Shown here piece by piece: positions 9,663 through 18,018 of a stretch of DNA of 64,000 nucleotides; the first letter of the stretch is position 1; each line of letters begins with the position of its first letter. Source of the DNA: Clostridium sp. (GTDB lineage: Bacteria > Bacillota > Dethiobacteria > Dethiobacterales > Dethiobacteraceae); assembly GCA_018335695.1 (NCBI GenBank), contig JAGXRV010000088.1:6783-70782 (forward strand). Direction: 5' to 3'. Position numbers and translations under genes: made by a program. Below the pieces are notes generated by a model. That model saw only the letters and a list, made by a program, of their open reading frames with translations. It was not told where the DNA came from and did not search any database.

Positions 9663-9813
9663 CTCTTATCAAGAGAGGTGGAGGGACTGGCCCGATGAAA
9701 CCCGGCAACCGGACGTGGCGCGTTAACGGTGCTAATTCCAGCAGGACTCACATCCTGGTAGATAGGAGAGGTTGTTTGCGAAAAGAACCTCTTGCATCCA
9801 AAGAGGTTTTTTT
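9663..9813 (+). promoter_or_regulatory. SAM-I (S-box) riboswitch with terminator expression platform
   Basis: 'CTCTTATCAAGAGAGGTGGAGGGACTGGCCCGATGAAACCCGGCAACC...GGTGCTAATTCCAGCAG...GATAGGAGAG' matches the S-box core. Terminator stem aacctctt (9786-9793) / aagaggtt (9801-9808), then a T-run. Confidence 0.95.
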
Positions 9814-9851
9814 GTTGCAAATTGCGTAAACTAACCCAAGGAGGAGATTAG

Positions 9852-11045
9852 ATGATTAAAGATTTTCTCTTTACATCGGAGTCGGTAACGGAGGGGCACC
9901 CTGATAAAGTATCAGATCAGATTTCAGATGCTATTCTTGATGCCATTTTGGAAAAGGACCCACAGGCACGGGTAGCTGCAGAAACGGCTGTAACTACCGG
10001 GCTGGTGCTGGTAGCCGGTGAAATTACCACATCATGTTATGTGGATATCCCTAAAATTGTGCGTAACACAGTTAAGGATATTGGTTATACCAGAGCTAAG
10101 TTTGGTTTTGACGGTGACACTTGCGCAGTTCTTATTTCTATTGATGAACAGTCTCCCGATATTGCCATGGGAGTAAACCGTTGCCTTGAAGCGAAGGTTG
10201 GGGAATACAGTGAAGAAGAAATGGATGCTATCGGAGCCGGCGACCAAGGGATGATGTTTGGTTTTGCCTGTAATGAAACGCCTGAATTGATGCCGCTGCC
10301 GATTGCCATGGCTCACAAGCTGGCAAGACGGCTCGCGCAAGTCCGTAAAGATAAAACGCTTGCCTATCTGCGGCCTGACGGTAAGACGCAGGTAACAGTA
10401 AAGTATGAGAACGGCAGGCCGGTAGCGATTAGCACCGTTGTCGTTTCTGCGCAGCATCATGAGGATGTTAGTCTGGAAAAGATTAAAAGTGATATAATCG
10501 AGAATGTGGTGACCGGAATTATTCCGGCTCAGTATCTGAGCAGTGAAACCCGTTATTTTGTTAATCCCACCGGTCGCTTTGTGGTAGGCGGTCCACAGGG
10601 AGACGCCGGCTTGACCGGTCGGAAAATTATTGTGGACACTTATGGCGGCTACGCCCGCCATGGCGGCGGCGCTTTTTCCGGTAAAGATCCGACAAAAGTA
10701 GATCGTTCTGCCGCTTATGCGGCTCGTTATGTGGCGAAGAATTTAGTGGCTGCCGGTTTGGCGGACAAGTGTGAGGTTCAGCTAGCTTATGCGATCGGTG
10801 TAGCACGCCCACTTTCGCTGATGGTAGAAACTTTTGGTACCGCTAAAATCCCGGAAGAGAAAATCGTCGCTCTTGTTAATAAGCATTTTGATCTGCGTCC
10901 TGCAGCCATTATTCAAACACTTGGTTTGCGTTCTCCTATTTACAAGCAGATTGCTGCCTATGGTCACTTTGGCAGGGAGGATCTGGGTTTGTCGTGGGAG
11001 AGAACGGATAAGGCAGAGCTGCTTAGAGATGAAGCCGGTCTCTAA
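9852..11045 (+). CDS. metK: S-adenosylmethionine synthetase
   Basis: '[17 protein letters not shown]', '[10 protein letters not shown]', '[16 protein letters not shown]'. RBS AAGGAGG. Confidence 0.97.
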   Translation: MIKDFLFTSESVTEGHPDKVSDQISDAILDAILEKDPQARVAAETAVTTGLVLVAGEITTSCYVDIPKIVRNTVKDIGYTRAKFGFDGDTCAVLISIDEQSPDIAMGVNRCLEAKVGEYSEEEMDAIGAGDQGMMFGFACNETPELMPLPIAMAHKLARRLAQVRKDKTLAYLRPDGKTQVTVKYENGRPVAISTVVVSAQHHEDVSLEKIKSDIIENVVTGIIPAQYLSSETRYFVNPTGRFVVGGPQGDAGLTGRKIIVDTYGGYARHGGGAFSGKDPTKVDRSAAYAARYVAKNLVAAGLADKCEVQLAYAIGVARPLSLMVETFGTAKIPEEKIVALVNKHFDLRPAAIIQTLGLRSPIYKQIAAYGHFGREDLGLSWERTDKAELLRDEAGL

Positions 11046-11092
11046 ACTGCAGGATTGCCAACAAAAGAAGCTTTAGCTAAGCACAGTCACAA

Positions 11093-11127
11093 GATGTCTC
11101 AAACTAACATTTGAGGCATCTTTTTTT
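11093..11127 (+). terminator. Intrinsic terminator after metK
   Basis: gatgtctcaaa / tttgaggcatc stem (one G-U pair), followed by TTTTTTT. Confidence 0.8.
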
Positions 11128-11188
11128 GCGGGCAGCTTGGCCTTACACAGCCGCTTTGCTCGCTTTGCTTCCTAACAAGTCTGTCCTT

Positions 11189-11337
11189 CAGTAATCCCCT
11201 CTCCCTCTGGGAGGTTGCTTCAGTAATCCCCTCTCCCTCTGGGAGGTTGCTTCAGTAATCCCCTCTCCCTTTGGGAGGTTGCTTCAGTAATCCCCTCTCC
11301 CTCTGGGAGAGGGTTAGGGTGAGGGTTAGGGCAAGGG
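11189..11337. repeat. Repeat array A: three 32-bp half-units followed by one complete hairpin/G-tract element
   Basis: 'cagtaatcccctctccctctgggaggttgctt' at 11189-11220, 11221-11252 and 11253-11284 (one substitution). Then 'cagtaatcccctctccctctgggagagggttagggtgagggttagggcaaggg'. Confidence 0.9.
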
Positions 11338-11356
11338 AGTGAATCGGCAGCAGATA

Positions 11357-11402
11357 TTACCCTCTCCACCCTTTGGGGGGAGAGGGCTAGGGTGAGGGGG
11401 GG
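11357..11402. repeat. Family-2 element, copy 1 of an identical 46-bp direct repeat
   Basis: 'ttaccctctccaccctttggggggagagggctagggtgaggggggg', identical to 11525-11570. Confidence 0.9.
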
Positions 11403-11524
11403 AGGGACTGCGACCAAAATTCCCCTCCCTTGGAGGGGTGGTGCGTAGCACTGGGGTGGTTCTCAACCCGCTCAGGCTTCTCTCCCTCCAAAACTAATCC
11501 ACGAGAACCGTCCCTGCGGTCACG

Positions 11525-11570
11525 TTACCCTCTCCACCCTTTGGGGGGAGAGGGCTAGGGTGAGGGGGGG
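11525..11570. repeat. Family-2 element, copy 2 of an identical 46-bp direct repeat
   Basis: Same 46-mer as 11357-11402. A related copy lies at 46299-46342. Confidence 0.9.
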
Positions 11571-11676
11571 AGTTTTCATTATAGAGTTAGAAAGTTTACT
11601 TATTCTTTGGCGGTCAACTCTTGATTTTTGGTGTCCTTTGCCTGTTCTAGAGAGGTCGGAGCAGGAAACTCCGGCT

Positions 11677-11706
11677 TTGCTTCGGACAAAAGTTATCCTC
11701 TATACT
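11677..11706 (+). promoter_or_regulatory. Possible promoter of the DUF1659-like gene
   Basis: TTGCTT (11677-11682), 18-nt spacer, TATACT (11701-11706). Confidence 0.45.
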
Positions 11707-11740
11707 GAGAATAGCCATGGCAAAGGAAGGAGGTGCAAAG

Positions 11741-11965
11741 ATGGCCATTATTCTTGAAAAGAACTTTACTCGCTGCCAGGTAAGTTTGCAAGACGGTGTA
11801 GATCAACAGGGCAATCCGGTTCTTGTCAGCCGCTTGTTTGGCAGAATTCATCCTGAAACAACACATCAGGATTTATATGATGTGATGCAAGCTATCATGG
11901 GTTTGCAGGAATTACCTGTCCGCTCGATTCGTCGTTTGGATGACGGAGAACTAGTAGTAGTGTAG
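11741..11965 (+). CDS. Small protein resembling the DUF1659 family
   Basis: About 74 aa. Pattern 'L.L.F..G.D..G.P....sF..v....t...ly.v..al..Lq..p' as I remember it for DUF1659. Strong RBS AAGGAAGGAGGTG. Followed by a DUF2922-like gene, which is the usual pairing. Confidence 0.65.
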   Translation: MAIILEKNFTRCQVSLQDGVDQQGNPVLVSRLFGRIHPETTHQDLYDVMQAIMGLQELPVRSIRRLDDGELVVV

Positions 11966-11974
11966 ACTTTCATG

Positions 11975-12116
11975 CCCTCACCCTAACCCTCTCCCAGAGG
12001 GAGAGGGGATTTGTTGGGCACTCTCCCAGAGAGGGAGAAGGGATTTGTTGGGCACTCTCCCAGAGAGGGAGAAGGGATTTGTTGGGCAACCTCCCAGAGG
12101 GATAGGGGACTTGTTG
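11975..12116. repeat. Repeat array B: complete element followed by three 34-bp half-units, mirror image of array A
   Basis: 'ccctcaccctaaccctctcccagagggagaggggatttgttgggca', then 2 x 'ctctcccagagagggagaagggatttgttgggca', then 'acctcccagagggataggggacttgttga'. 11975-12011 is the exact reverse complement of 11289-11325. Confidence 0.9.
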
Positions 12117-12187
12117 ACATTGAGAGGGGGCCGTGGTGGCAATTTTCAGAGTAGATTGGCAAAAATTTTTCTAGGAGGTGAAATTTT

Positions 12188-12409
12188 ATGGAAACCACCC
12201 TGCAGTTAGTATTTCTCAATCAGGAAGCTTCTTCCTTCACAGTCAATCTGGCTAATCCCAGAGCCAACTTGACAGTGGCGGATGTGACGGCTGTAATGGA
12301 TTTGATTTTGGCTAAAAATATCTTTCGCAGCACAGGTGGTATTTTAACGGCGAAAGTCAGGGCGCGTCTGGTGTCGCGCGATACAGTGGATCTTGTGACG
12401 TTCGCCTAA
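12188..12409 (+). CDS. Small protein resembling the DUF2922 family
   Basis: 73 aa. 'L.L.F.n......t..l.nP...Lt...V...Md.I.akniF' pattern. RBS TAGGAGGTG. Confidence 0.65.
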   Translation: METTLQLVFLNQEASSFTVNLANPRANLTVADVTAVMDLILAKNIFRSTGGILTAKVRARLVSRDTVDLVTFA

Positions 12410-12410
12410 G

Positions 12411-12435
12411 GTACGGGAGGCATAGCCTCCCGTAC
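12411..12435 (+). terminator. 11-bp hairpin after the DUF2922-like gene (no U-tract)
   Basis: gtacgggaggc-ata-gcctcccgtac, followed by ATATAAAG rather than a T-run. Confidence 0.4.
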
Positions 12436-12516
12436 ATATAAAGAGAACAAATGTTTGCCTTCTGTGGGCAGGAGATAATAGTTTTGTGTGGAATACCTTC
12501 ATGCGGAGGGGAAGAT

Positions 12517-14691
12517 ATGGGCTGTTTGGAAGGAACCCTGGAGCGGATTACATATTATAACGAAGAAACACTTTTCCTTGTGGCGCGGTTATGCTGTGAG
12601 CACAATGTCGTCAATACTATTATCGGCAATATGCCTCGTTTTGCTGTGGGCGAGCGTTTGATTGTGCAGGGTGAATGGTTTCAGCACAAAGATTTTGGCC
12701 GCCAATTTAAAGTGGAAAAGTATGAAGTAGTCAAGCCTCAGAACGAAAAAGGAATCCGTAATTTTCTTGCTTCCGGTTTGCTTAAAGGCGTGGGTCCTTC
12801 CACCGCGGCAAAAATAGTCGACCATTTCGGTCTCGAAACGTTAAATGTGATTGAAAAAGAGCCGGAGAGGCTTTGCGAAATAGCCGGAATCGGCGAGAAG
12901 AAAGCGGCCATGATTAGTGAAAGCCTGGCGGAACGCCAGGAAGTGATGAGAGTCATGACATTTTTGCAGGGCCATGGAGTGAGTACAGGCTATGCAACCC
13001 GGATTTACAGAAAGTATGGAGATGACACCGTAGCCAAAGTAAGTGAAAATCCTTACCGCTTGGCAGAGGATGTGTTTGGCATCGGTTTTAAGACGGCGGA
13101 TAAAATTTCGCTGGAGATGGGGCTGGCTTATGATTCTCCTCACCGTATCAGGGCTGCTCTGCTCTTTTTACTCAGGGAAGCGCAGGATGAAGGTCATGTC
13201 TTTTTGCCTATGGAGCTGCTGCTGCAAAAAGCGGGGCAACTGCTTGTGAGCGAAGCGCACAGTCTGCCTGAGGAGGCAGTGCAGAAACAGTTGGAGCGGT
13301 TGGTGCGTGAAGGGGATCTGATTCAGGAGTCAGCGGAAGAAGGGTCGGCAGTTTATCAGCCGGCTCTTTGGCATGCGGAGCGTTATGTGGCAGCCAAGCT
13401 TTTGGAGCTTGCAAGCCAACAGTTATCGCTCCGGCCTTTATGTTTGCCTCAGCAGGAAGACAGCCGGATTGAGCTGGCTGCCGCTCAGCAGAAGGCAGTC
13501 CGCATGGCTCTCGAAACAGGTTTATTAGTGATAACCGGCGGACCGGGTACCGGAAAAACTACCACAATCCGCTCATTGCTGACGCTTTTTTGGCAACATG
13601 GTTTAGAGGTTATGTTGGCGGCGCCGACAGGCAGAGCAGCTAAGCGCATGACGGAAGCGAGCGGTATGGAGGCAAAAACAATCCACCGATTATTGGAATA
13701 TGCGCAGGTTGAAGGGGAGGGGTTCACCTTTCAGCGTAATGAAGATCGGCCGCTAAAGGCCCACGCGGTAATTGTGGATGAAGTTTCCATGGTTGATTTG
13801 TCTTTGTTTTGCTCTCTGCTTAAGGCCGTTCCTTTAAGTTGTAAACTGATTTTGGTGGGGGATATGGATCAACTTCCTTCCGTTGGTCCCGGCAATGTGT
13901 TGCGCGATATTATAGCTTCCGGTGCGGTGCCGGTTGTAAAGCTTGAGACGGTTTTTCGTCAGTCAGGTGAAAGTGCCATTATCGCCAATGCACATTTGGT
14001 AAATAGCGGGCTAATGCCGGATTTAAGCGGTCAAGCCAAAGATTTTTTCTTTATTAATGAGAGCGAACCGGAGAAAATTCTGGAGGATATTTTGGCACTG
14101 TGCAGCCGGCGGCTGCCCAATTATAAAAACAGTGATGCGATTGACGATATTCAGGTGCTTTCCCCTATGCGGCGCAATCTGCTGGGAGTGGATAATCTGA
14201 ATATTCGCTTGCAGGCAGAGCTCAATCGGCCGCACCCCGCCAAAACTGAATTGCGGGGAAGAGGCACCGTTTTTCGCTTGGGTGATAAAGTGATGCAAAT
14301 CCGCAATAATTACCAGAAAGAAGTATTTAACGGGGATATGGGGCGCATCAGTTATATCAATCAAGACGACGGAGAGCTGACTGTTCGTTATCCGGATATA
14401 GGCGGAGCAAGAGAAGTAATTTATGATCAAGCCGAGTTAGATGAGCTTTCTCTGTCTTATGCAGTTTCTGTGCATAAAAGTCAGGGCAGCGAATATCCGG
14501 TCGTCATTTTGCCGGTGGTGACCCAGCATTATATTTTGCTGCAGCGGAATTTGCTGTACACAGCTATTACTAGAGCCAAAGAACTGGTTGTGCTTATCGG
14601 TACAAAAAAAGCCCTGGCAATCGCAGTTCGTAACAACAAGGTTGAAGCGCGCTATACAAGGCTTGCTGCGAGGCTCGCGGAAAAAAGATAG
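12517..14691 (+). CDS. recD2: SF1B ATP-dependent RecD-like DNA helicase (RecD2)
   Basis: Walker A 'GGPGTGKTT', 'VDEVSMVD', 'VHKSQGSEYP', N-terminal HhH region. ATG 12517 follows GGAGGGG. ORF opens at 12451. Confidence 0.9.
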   Translation: MGCLEGTLERITYYNEETLFLVARLCCEHNVVNTIIGNMPRFAVGERLIVQGEWFQHKDFGRQFKVEKYEVVKPQNEKGIRNFLASGLLKGVGPSTAAKIVDHFGLETLNVIEKEPERLCEIAGIGEKKAAMISESLAERQEVMRVMTFLQGHGVSTGYATRIYRKYGDDTVAKVSENPYRLAEDVFGIGFKTADKISLEMGLAYDSPHRIRAALLFLLREAQDEGHVFLPMELLLQKAGQLLVSEAHSLPEEAVQKQLERLVREGDLIQESAEEGSAVYQPALWHAERYVAAKLLELASQQLSLRPLCLPQQEDSRIELAAAQQKAVRMALETGLLVITGGPGTGKTTTIRSLLTLFWQHGLEVMLAAPTGRAAKRMTEASGMEAKTIHRLLEYAQVEGEGFTFQRNEDRPLKAHAVIVDEVSMVDLSLFCSLLKAVPLSCKLILVGDMDQLPSVGPGNVLRDIIASGAVPVVKLETVFRQSGESAIIANAHLVNSGLMPDLSGQAKDFFFINESEPEKILEDILALCSRRLPNYKNSDAIDDIQVLSPMRRNLLGVDNLNIRLQAELNRPHPAKTELRGRGTVFRLGDKVMQIRNNYQKEVFNGDMGRISYINQDDGELTVRYPDIGGAREVIYDQAELDELSLSYAVSVHKSQGSEYPVVILPVVTQHYILLQRNLLYTAITRAKELVVLIGTKKALAIAVRNNKVEARYTRLAARLAEKR

Positions 14692-14706
14692 TCTTGGAGG
14701 CGAACA

Positions 14707-15402
14707 ATGAATTTATTTAAGCCGTTGCTCGATTTACTTTTTCCGCCTAGCTGCGTGTTCTGTGCCGGCAGACTGGGCGAGGGGATGACGGCGCTCTTGA
14801 TTTGCAGGTCGTGTCTTGCCGAAATCCCTGCCCCCGAAAGCTGTTGCAGCAAGTGCGCACAGCCGCTTGAGCCGTCGCAGGATAGTTGCCGAAAATGCAG
14901 CGGGTTGGTATTTGCTTTTAGTGGTGCTTGTACGGTGCAAGTATACAGCGGGTTAGTCAAGACAGCGATTCACAATTATAAATATAACGGACGAAAAGGA
15001 ATGGCAAGTACTCTCGGCGGACTGATGGCGCAGCAAGTTAAGCTCAGTGGCTGGCCGGAAATAGAGGCGATTGTACCCGTGCCGCTGCATCACAGCAGGC
15101 TGTTGGAGCGCGGCTATGACCAGGCATTGCTGCTTGCGCAGGTGGTAGCTGCTGAATTGCGCTTGCCGCTAAAAAAAGCTCTGCTGAGGAAAAGTGCGAC
15201 GCCCAGCCAGACCAAGCTTTTTGCGAGAGAACGCTGGGAGAATGTTTCGCAAGCTTTTGAACTTTCGGCAGGACAAGCTTTGCCGGCGCGCCTGCTCTTG
15301 GTTGATGATTTGCTGACCACGGGTGCTACGGCTCATTTTGCCGCACAGACACTCTTAGCTGGCGGTGCCAAGGAAGTTTATCTGGCGGTGGTTGGCCGGT
15401 AG
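14707..15402 (+). CDS. comFC: ComF-family protein (ComFC-like phosphoribosyltransferase-fold protein)
   Basis: N-terminal Cys pairs 'CVFC...CRSC' and 'CSKC...CRKC'. PRTase motif 'LLVDDLLTTGATA'. Confidence 0.85.
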   Translation: MNLFKPLLDLLFPPSCVFCAGRLGEGMTALLICRSCLAEIPAPESCCSKCAQPLEPSQDSCRKCSGLVFAFSGACTVQVYSGLVKTAIHNYKYNGRKGMASTLGGLMAQQVKLSGWPEIEAIVPVPLHHSRLLERGYDQALLLAQVVAAELRLPLKKALLRKSATPSQTKLFARERWENVSQAFELSAGQALPARLLLVDDLLTTGATAHFAAQTLLAGGAKEVYLAVVGR

Positions 15403-15490
15403 CCAATTTATTTTTTTATTAATCTTTGGAGGGCAGGATTTTACTGTGGCCGGGGTTAATACTAATTAAAAGCTGGAAGGAGTTGAGACA

Positions 15491-16021
15491 ATGAAATTGA
15501 CTGTACGCGGCAAGAATATTGAGGTAACAGACGCTTTGAGAGAACATGTGCAAAAACGGATAGGCAAGATAGACAAATATTTTGCTGCGGATGCAGATGC
15601 CCAGGTCACACTGTCGGTAGAAAGAGGCCTGCATAAAGTGGAAGTTACTGCCGGGGTGAACGGTTTGCTGCTCCGGGCCGAAGAGAGTACCGGTGATATG
15701 TATGCTTCTATTGATTTGGTGGTAGATAAGCTGGAGCGGCAGATTGCCAAATATAAAACACGTATTAACAGAAAGTCGCGTCAGGGCGGTGGCATCAGGG
15801 AGTTAAGTCAGTTGCCCAAAATAGATGAGGACGACGAGTTTGCAGTTTTGAGGAGAAAGCGTTTCGGGGTGAAGCCCATGCCGGTGGAGGAGGCTATTCT
15901 TCAGATGAATCTGCTGGGGCATGACTTTTATGTTTTCGCTAACGGGGAGAGCGATGAAATTAATGTCGTCTATCGCCGAAAAGACGGGAAATACGGTTTG
16001 ATCGAACCGACGATGAAATAG
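15491..16021 (+). CDS. hpf: Ribosome hibernation-promoting factor, long form
   Basis: 'MKLTVRGKNIEVTDALREHV', and a C-terminal dimerisation domain 'FYVFANGESDEINVVYRRKDGKYGLIEP'. Confidence 0.95.
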   Translation: MKLTVRGKNIEVTDALREHVQKRIGKIDKYFAADADAQVTLSVERGLHKVEVTAGVNGLLLRAEESTGDMYASIDLVVDKLERQIAKYKTRINRKSRQGGGIRELSQLPKIDEDDEFAVLRRKRFGVKPMPVEEAILQMNLLGHDFYVFANGESDEINVVYRRKDGKYGLIEPTMK

Positions 16022-16103
16022 CAGGATAAAAACTACCTCTTTGCGTAGCCGGGATAACGGTGTAAAATACGTGAAGGGGTAGTTTTTTGTTGGGAGGTAA
16101 CAG

Positions 16104-17213
16104 ATGAAACAGATGTTGGATGTGGTGATTTTCGAAGGGAGTCAGGCGAACAGTCAGGTGGAAGAAATGTTGGTACAAGTCCGTCACGCCGCACTTCACG
16201 ATAATTTAGAAAAATTTTTGGCTTTGCCTGCTGTGAACAGAGTCTTCCTGGTGACAAACCGGCCGGAATTGTCTGCTTGGGCAGATGAGCGGATTTGGCC
16301 GGTGCTAAACAAGACAGCGCCGGCTGATTTTCATTTTGGACGGGAGCTATTAAATTTAGTGGAACGCTACCGGCTGAAAGTCGTCTTATGCCTGGGCGGC
16401 GCTGCCGTACCTCTGATCAGCGCGGCTGAATTGTCTGACGCGATTCGCTTGGTGCTTGCTAAGCCAGGGCGCTATGTGACAAATAATGTGCAGTCTGCCG
16501 ATATTTTGGCATTTAACCCGGCAACAGTGCTATACGATTACCAGCTCCCTGCTACTGATAATGCGCTCGTCTTGCTTTTGCGCTATGCCGCAGGCTTCGA
16601 GCAGTGTCTGCTGCCGACTACGCTTGGAACACAGTTTGATATTGATACTCCCAGCGACTTGCTTGTTCTTGCAGATTCGCCTTTCGGCGGCCCGGCATTA
16701 CGCGCAGCCCTCTCTGCGCTGCAGCTTGATACTGCCGCAATCCGCCGCTTGAAGCAGGTGCTGCAGGGTCAATATCACGATCTGGCTCTGATTGGCCGCG
16801 TCGGCGCGCCGGCCATCGCTTTGCTTAATCAGAATTTTAAAGTGCGGCTGCGTGTCTTCTCTGAAGAGCGAGGCATGAAGTCTTTAGGTCGGCTGGAGAG
16901 AAATGAAGTGAACTCCCTGCTGGGCTATTTTCTGGAAGAAGTAGGTCCCGCCAGATTTTTTTGCTATTTGGAAAGGACTGTGCAGGCGGCGCTGATTGAT
17001 ACCAGGGTAATTTTTGCCCATTTAAAAAGACCGCTGAGCGACGCCGATCGTTTTTACTCCGACTTAGGTTTATATGAAAAGGTGGAGGATGAATTTGTGC
17101 GGGAATTTACCCGGGAAGCCGCCGAGTGCGCTATTCCGGTTTTGCTTGGAGGACATTCCTTGGTTGCAGGCTGTCTCTGGGCCCTGGTGGAAGAAATAGG
17201 CTGTTTATTATAA
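16104..17213 (+). CDS. Hypothetical protein; N-terminal half is weakly nucleotidyltransferase-fold-like
   Basis: 369-aa ORF with RBS GGGAGG and protein-like composition. Only a 'FDIDTPSDL' motif, like the end of MobA/CofC-type folds, is recognisable. No N-terminal Gly-rich NTP loop. Confidence 0.7.
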   Translation: MKQMLDVVIFEGSQANSQVEEMLVQVRHAALHDNLEKFLALPAVNRVFLVTNRPELSAWADERIWPVLNKTAPADFHFGRELLNLVERYRLKVVLCLGGAAVPLISAAELSDAIRLVLAKPGRYVTNNVQSADILAFNPATVLYDYQLPATDNALVLLLRYAAGFEQCLLPTTLGTQFDIDTPSDLLVLADSPFGGPALRAALSALQLDTAAIRRLKQVLQGQYHDLALIGRVGAPAIALLNQNFKVRLRVFSEERGMKSLGRLERNEVNSLLGYFLEEVGPARFFCYLERTVQAALIDTRVIFAHLKRPLSDADRFYSDLGLYEKVEDEFVREFTREAAECAIPVLLGGHSLVAGCLWALVEEIGCLL

Positions 17214-17358
17214 CGGTTCCGATGAATAAAGAAGCGAATAAAGAAGGATTTTCAGCTAACTGGTCGAACTATGGTTAAAGATACTAACCAAGTTAATTAA
17301 TAACAGTCTGCTAAAGTTCGGCGGGGATAAGCTAAAGCGACAAAAAAGAGGGGGAGGG

Positions 17359-18006
17359 TTGGGATTGGCCGATGTTCCGAAAGAGATCAGGCTTTCCGAC
17401 TGCGAAAATTTAATTAAACAGATACGTGACGTAATTTCGGTAAATATCGTCCTCGGCGCAAACAAAGAAATTGAAGAAATACACGTCTTGGCGGAAGATA
17501 CAAGAAATGCCAAGCAATTGGTGCGTGATATTGAAACGCTGCTCCGTGTTGAGCAGGGCATCGCCTTAGACCATAAAAAAATCTCAATCGTGCAGTTGAA
17601 TAAAGAGCATACCTTTTTTCAGGGAAAGCGTTTTAAGTTTTCCGCTATCCAATATTCTCTTCAGGGAACAAAGATTGAAGCGATGGTGGAGATTACCTCT
17701 TCAAAACGCTCTTGCCAGGGAAAAAGCTGCGGAGTTAATTCCAGCAGCAATCGGCTGCGCCTCTTTGCGGAGGCTACTCTTCAGGCTGTCGGCGAGTTTC
17801 TCGAAGCAGGCAGCGCCGTTTTCCTGGAAGATGTGGCGCTTTATCATCTTGGACGGCGCAGCTTTGTAGCGGCTACATTGCTCTATACTCAAGGCCTGGT
17901 AGAAGAATGTTTGGTGGGGACAGCACTTGTTAAGCAGGATGAAAAAGAAGCTGTGGTGAGAGCCACGCTTGCCGCCTTAAACCGGCGCGTTTCTGCCGCT
18001 ATTTGA
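17359..18006 (+). CDS. Hypothetical protein (no family recognised)
   Basis: 215-aa ORF. TTG start preceded by GAGGGGGAGGG. No antisense alternative of similar quality. Confidence 0.65.
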   Translation: MGLADVPKEIRLSDCENLIKQIRDVISVNIVLGANKEIEEIHVLAEDTRNAKQLVRDIETLLRVEQGIALDHKKISIVQLNKEHTFFQGKRFKFSAIQYSLQGTKIEAMVEITSSKRSCQGKSCGVNSSSNRLRLFAEATLQAVGEFLEAGSAVFLEDVALYHLGRRSFVAATLLYTQGLVEECLVGTALVKQDEKEAVVRATLAALNRRVSAAI

Positions 18007-18018
18007 CATCTACATAGT

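Noticed and set aside
10032-10661. Long antisense ORFs inside well-supported genes, for example 10032-10661(-) in metK, 1427-2038(-) in nadA/nadB, 19316-19840(-), 54554-55093(-) in gpmI, 52422-52883(-) in pgk and 14023-14430(-) in recD2
   Set aside because: They lie opposite genes with unambiguous conserved motifs, have no RBS and show low-complexity or odd composition. These are shadow ORFs.
11305-11337. TTAGGG-containing tracts as genuine telomeric repeats or eukaryotic contamination
   Set aside because: There is only one TTAGGG word per element, embedded in a bacterial intergenic hairpin repeat. The flanking genes are plainly bacterial and contiguous.
11220-11417. ORFs translating through repeat elements: 11220-11417(-), 11983-12219(-), 27351-27629(-), 27412-27603(+), 27450-27689(+), 41546-41740(+), 56880-57167(-) and 56968-57183(+). 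Peptides look like '...PLPEGEG...' or 'LTLSQRERG'.
   Set aside because: They are made almost entirely of the palindromic repeat sequence. They have no RBS, occur in both orientations, and the same peptide words recur only because the DNA repeat recurs. These are translation artefacts.
11189-12116. Possible CRISPR array, because of regularly spaced 32-34-bp direct repeats
   Set aside because: The units are directly abutting with no spacers, there are only 3-4 copies, and no cas genes are present. The units are truncated copies of the dispersed hairpin element.
12451-12516. N-terminal extensions given by the ORF track: recD2 12451, uvrB 33950, uvrA 35931, uvrC 38747, rapZ 46315, secG 58624, HD-GYP 18187, secA 20075, holin-like 41709 and HD hydrolase 61081
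   Set aside because: Internal start codons have properly spaced Shine-Dalgarno sequences and give N-termini matching the conserved family starts. Several extensions run through repeats or the upstream gene.
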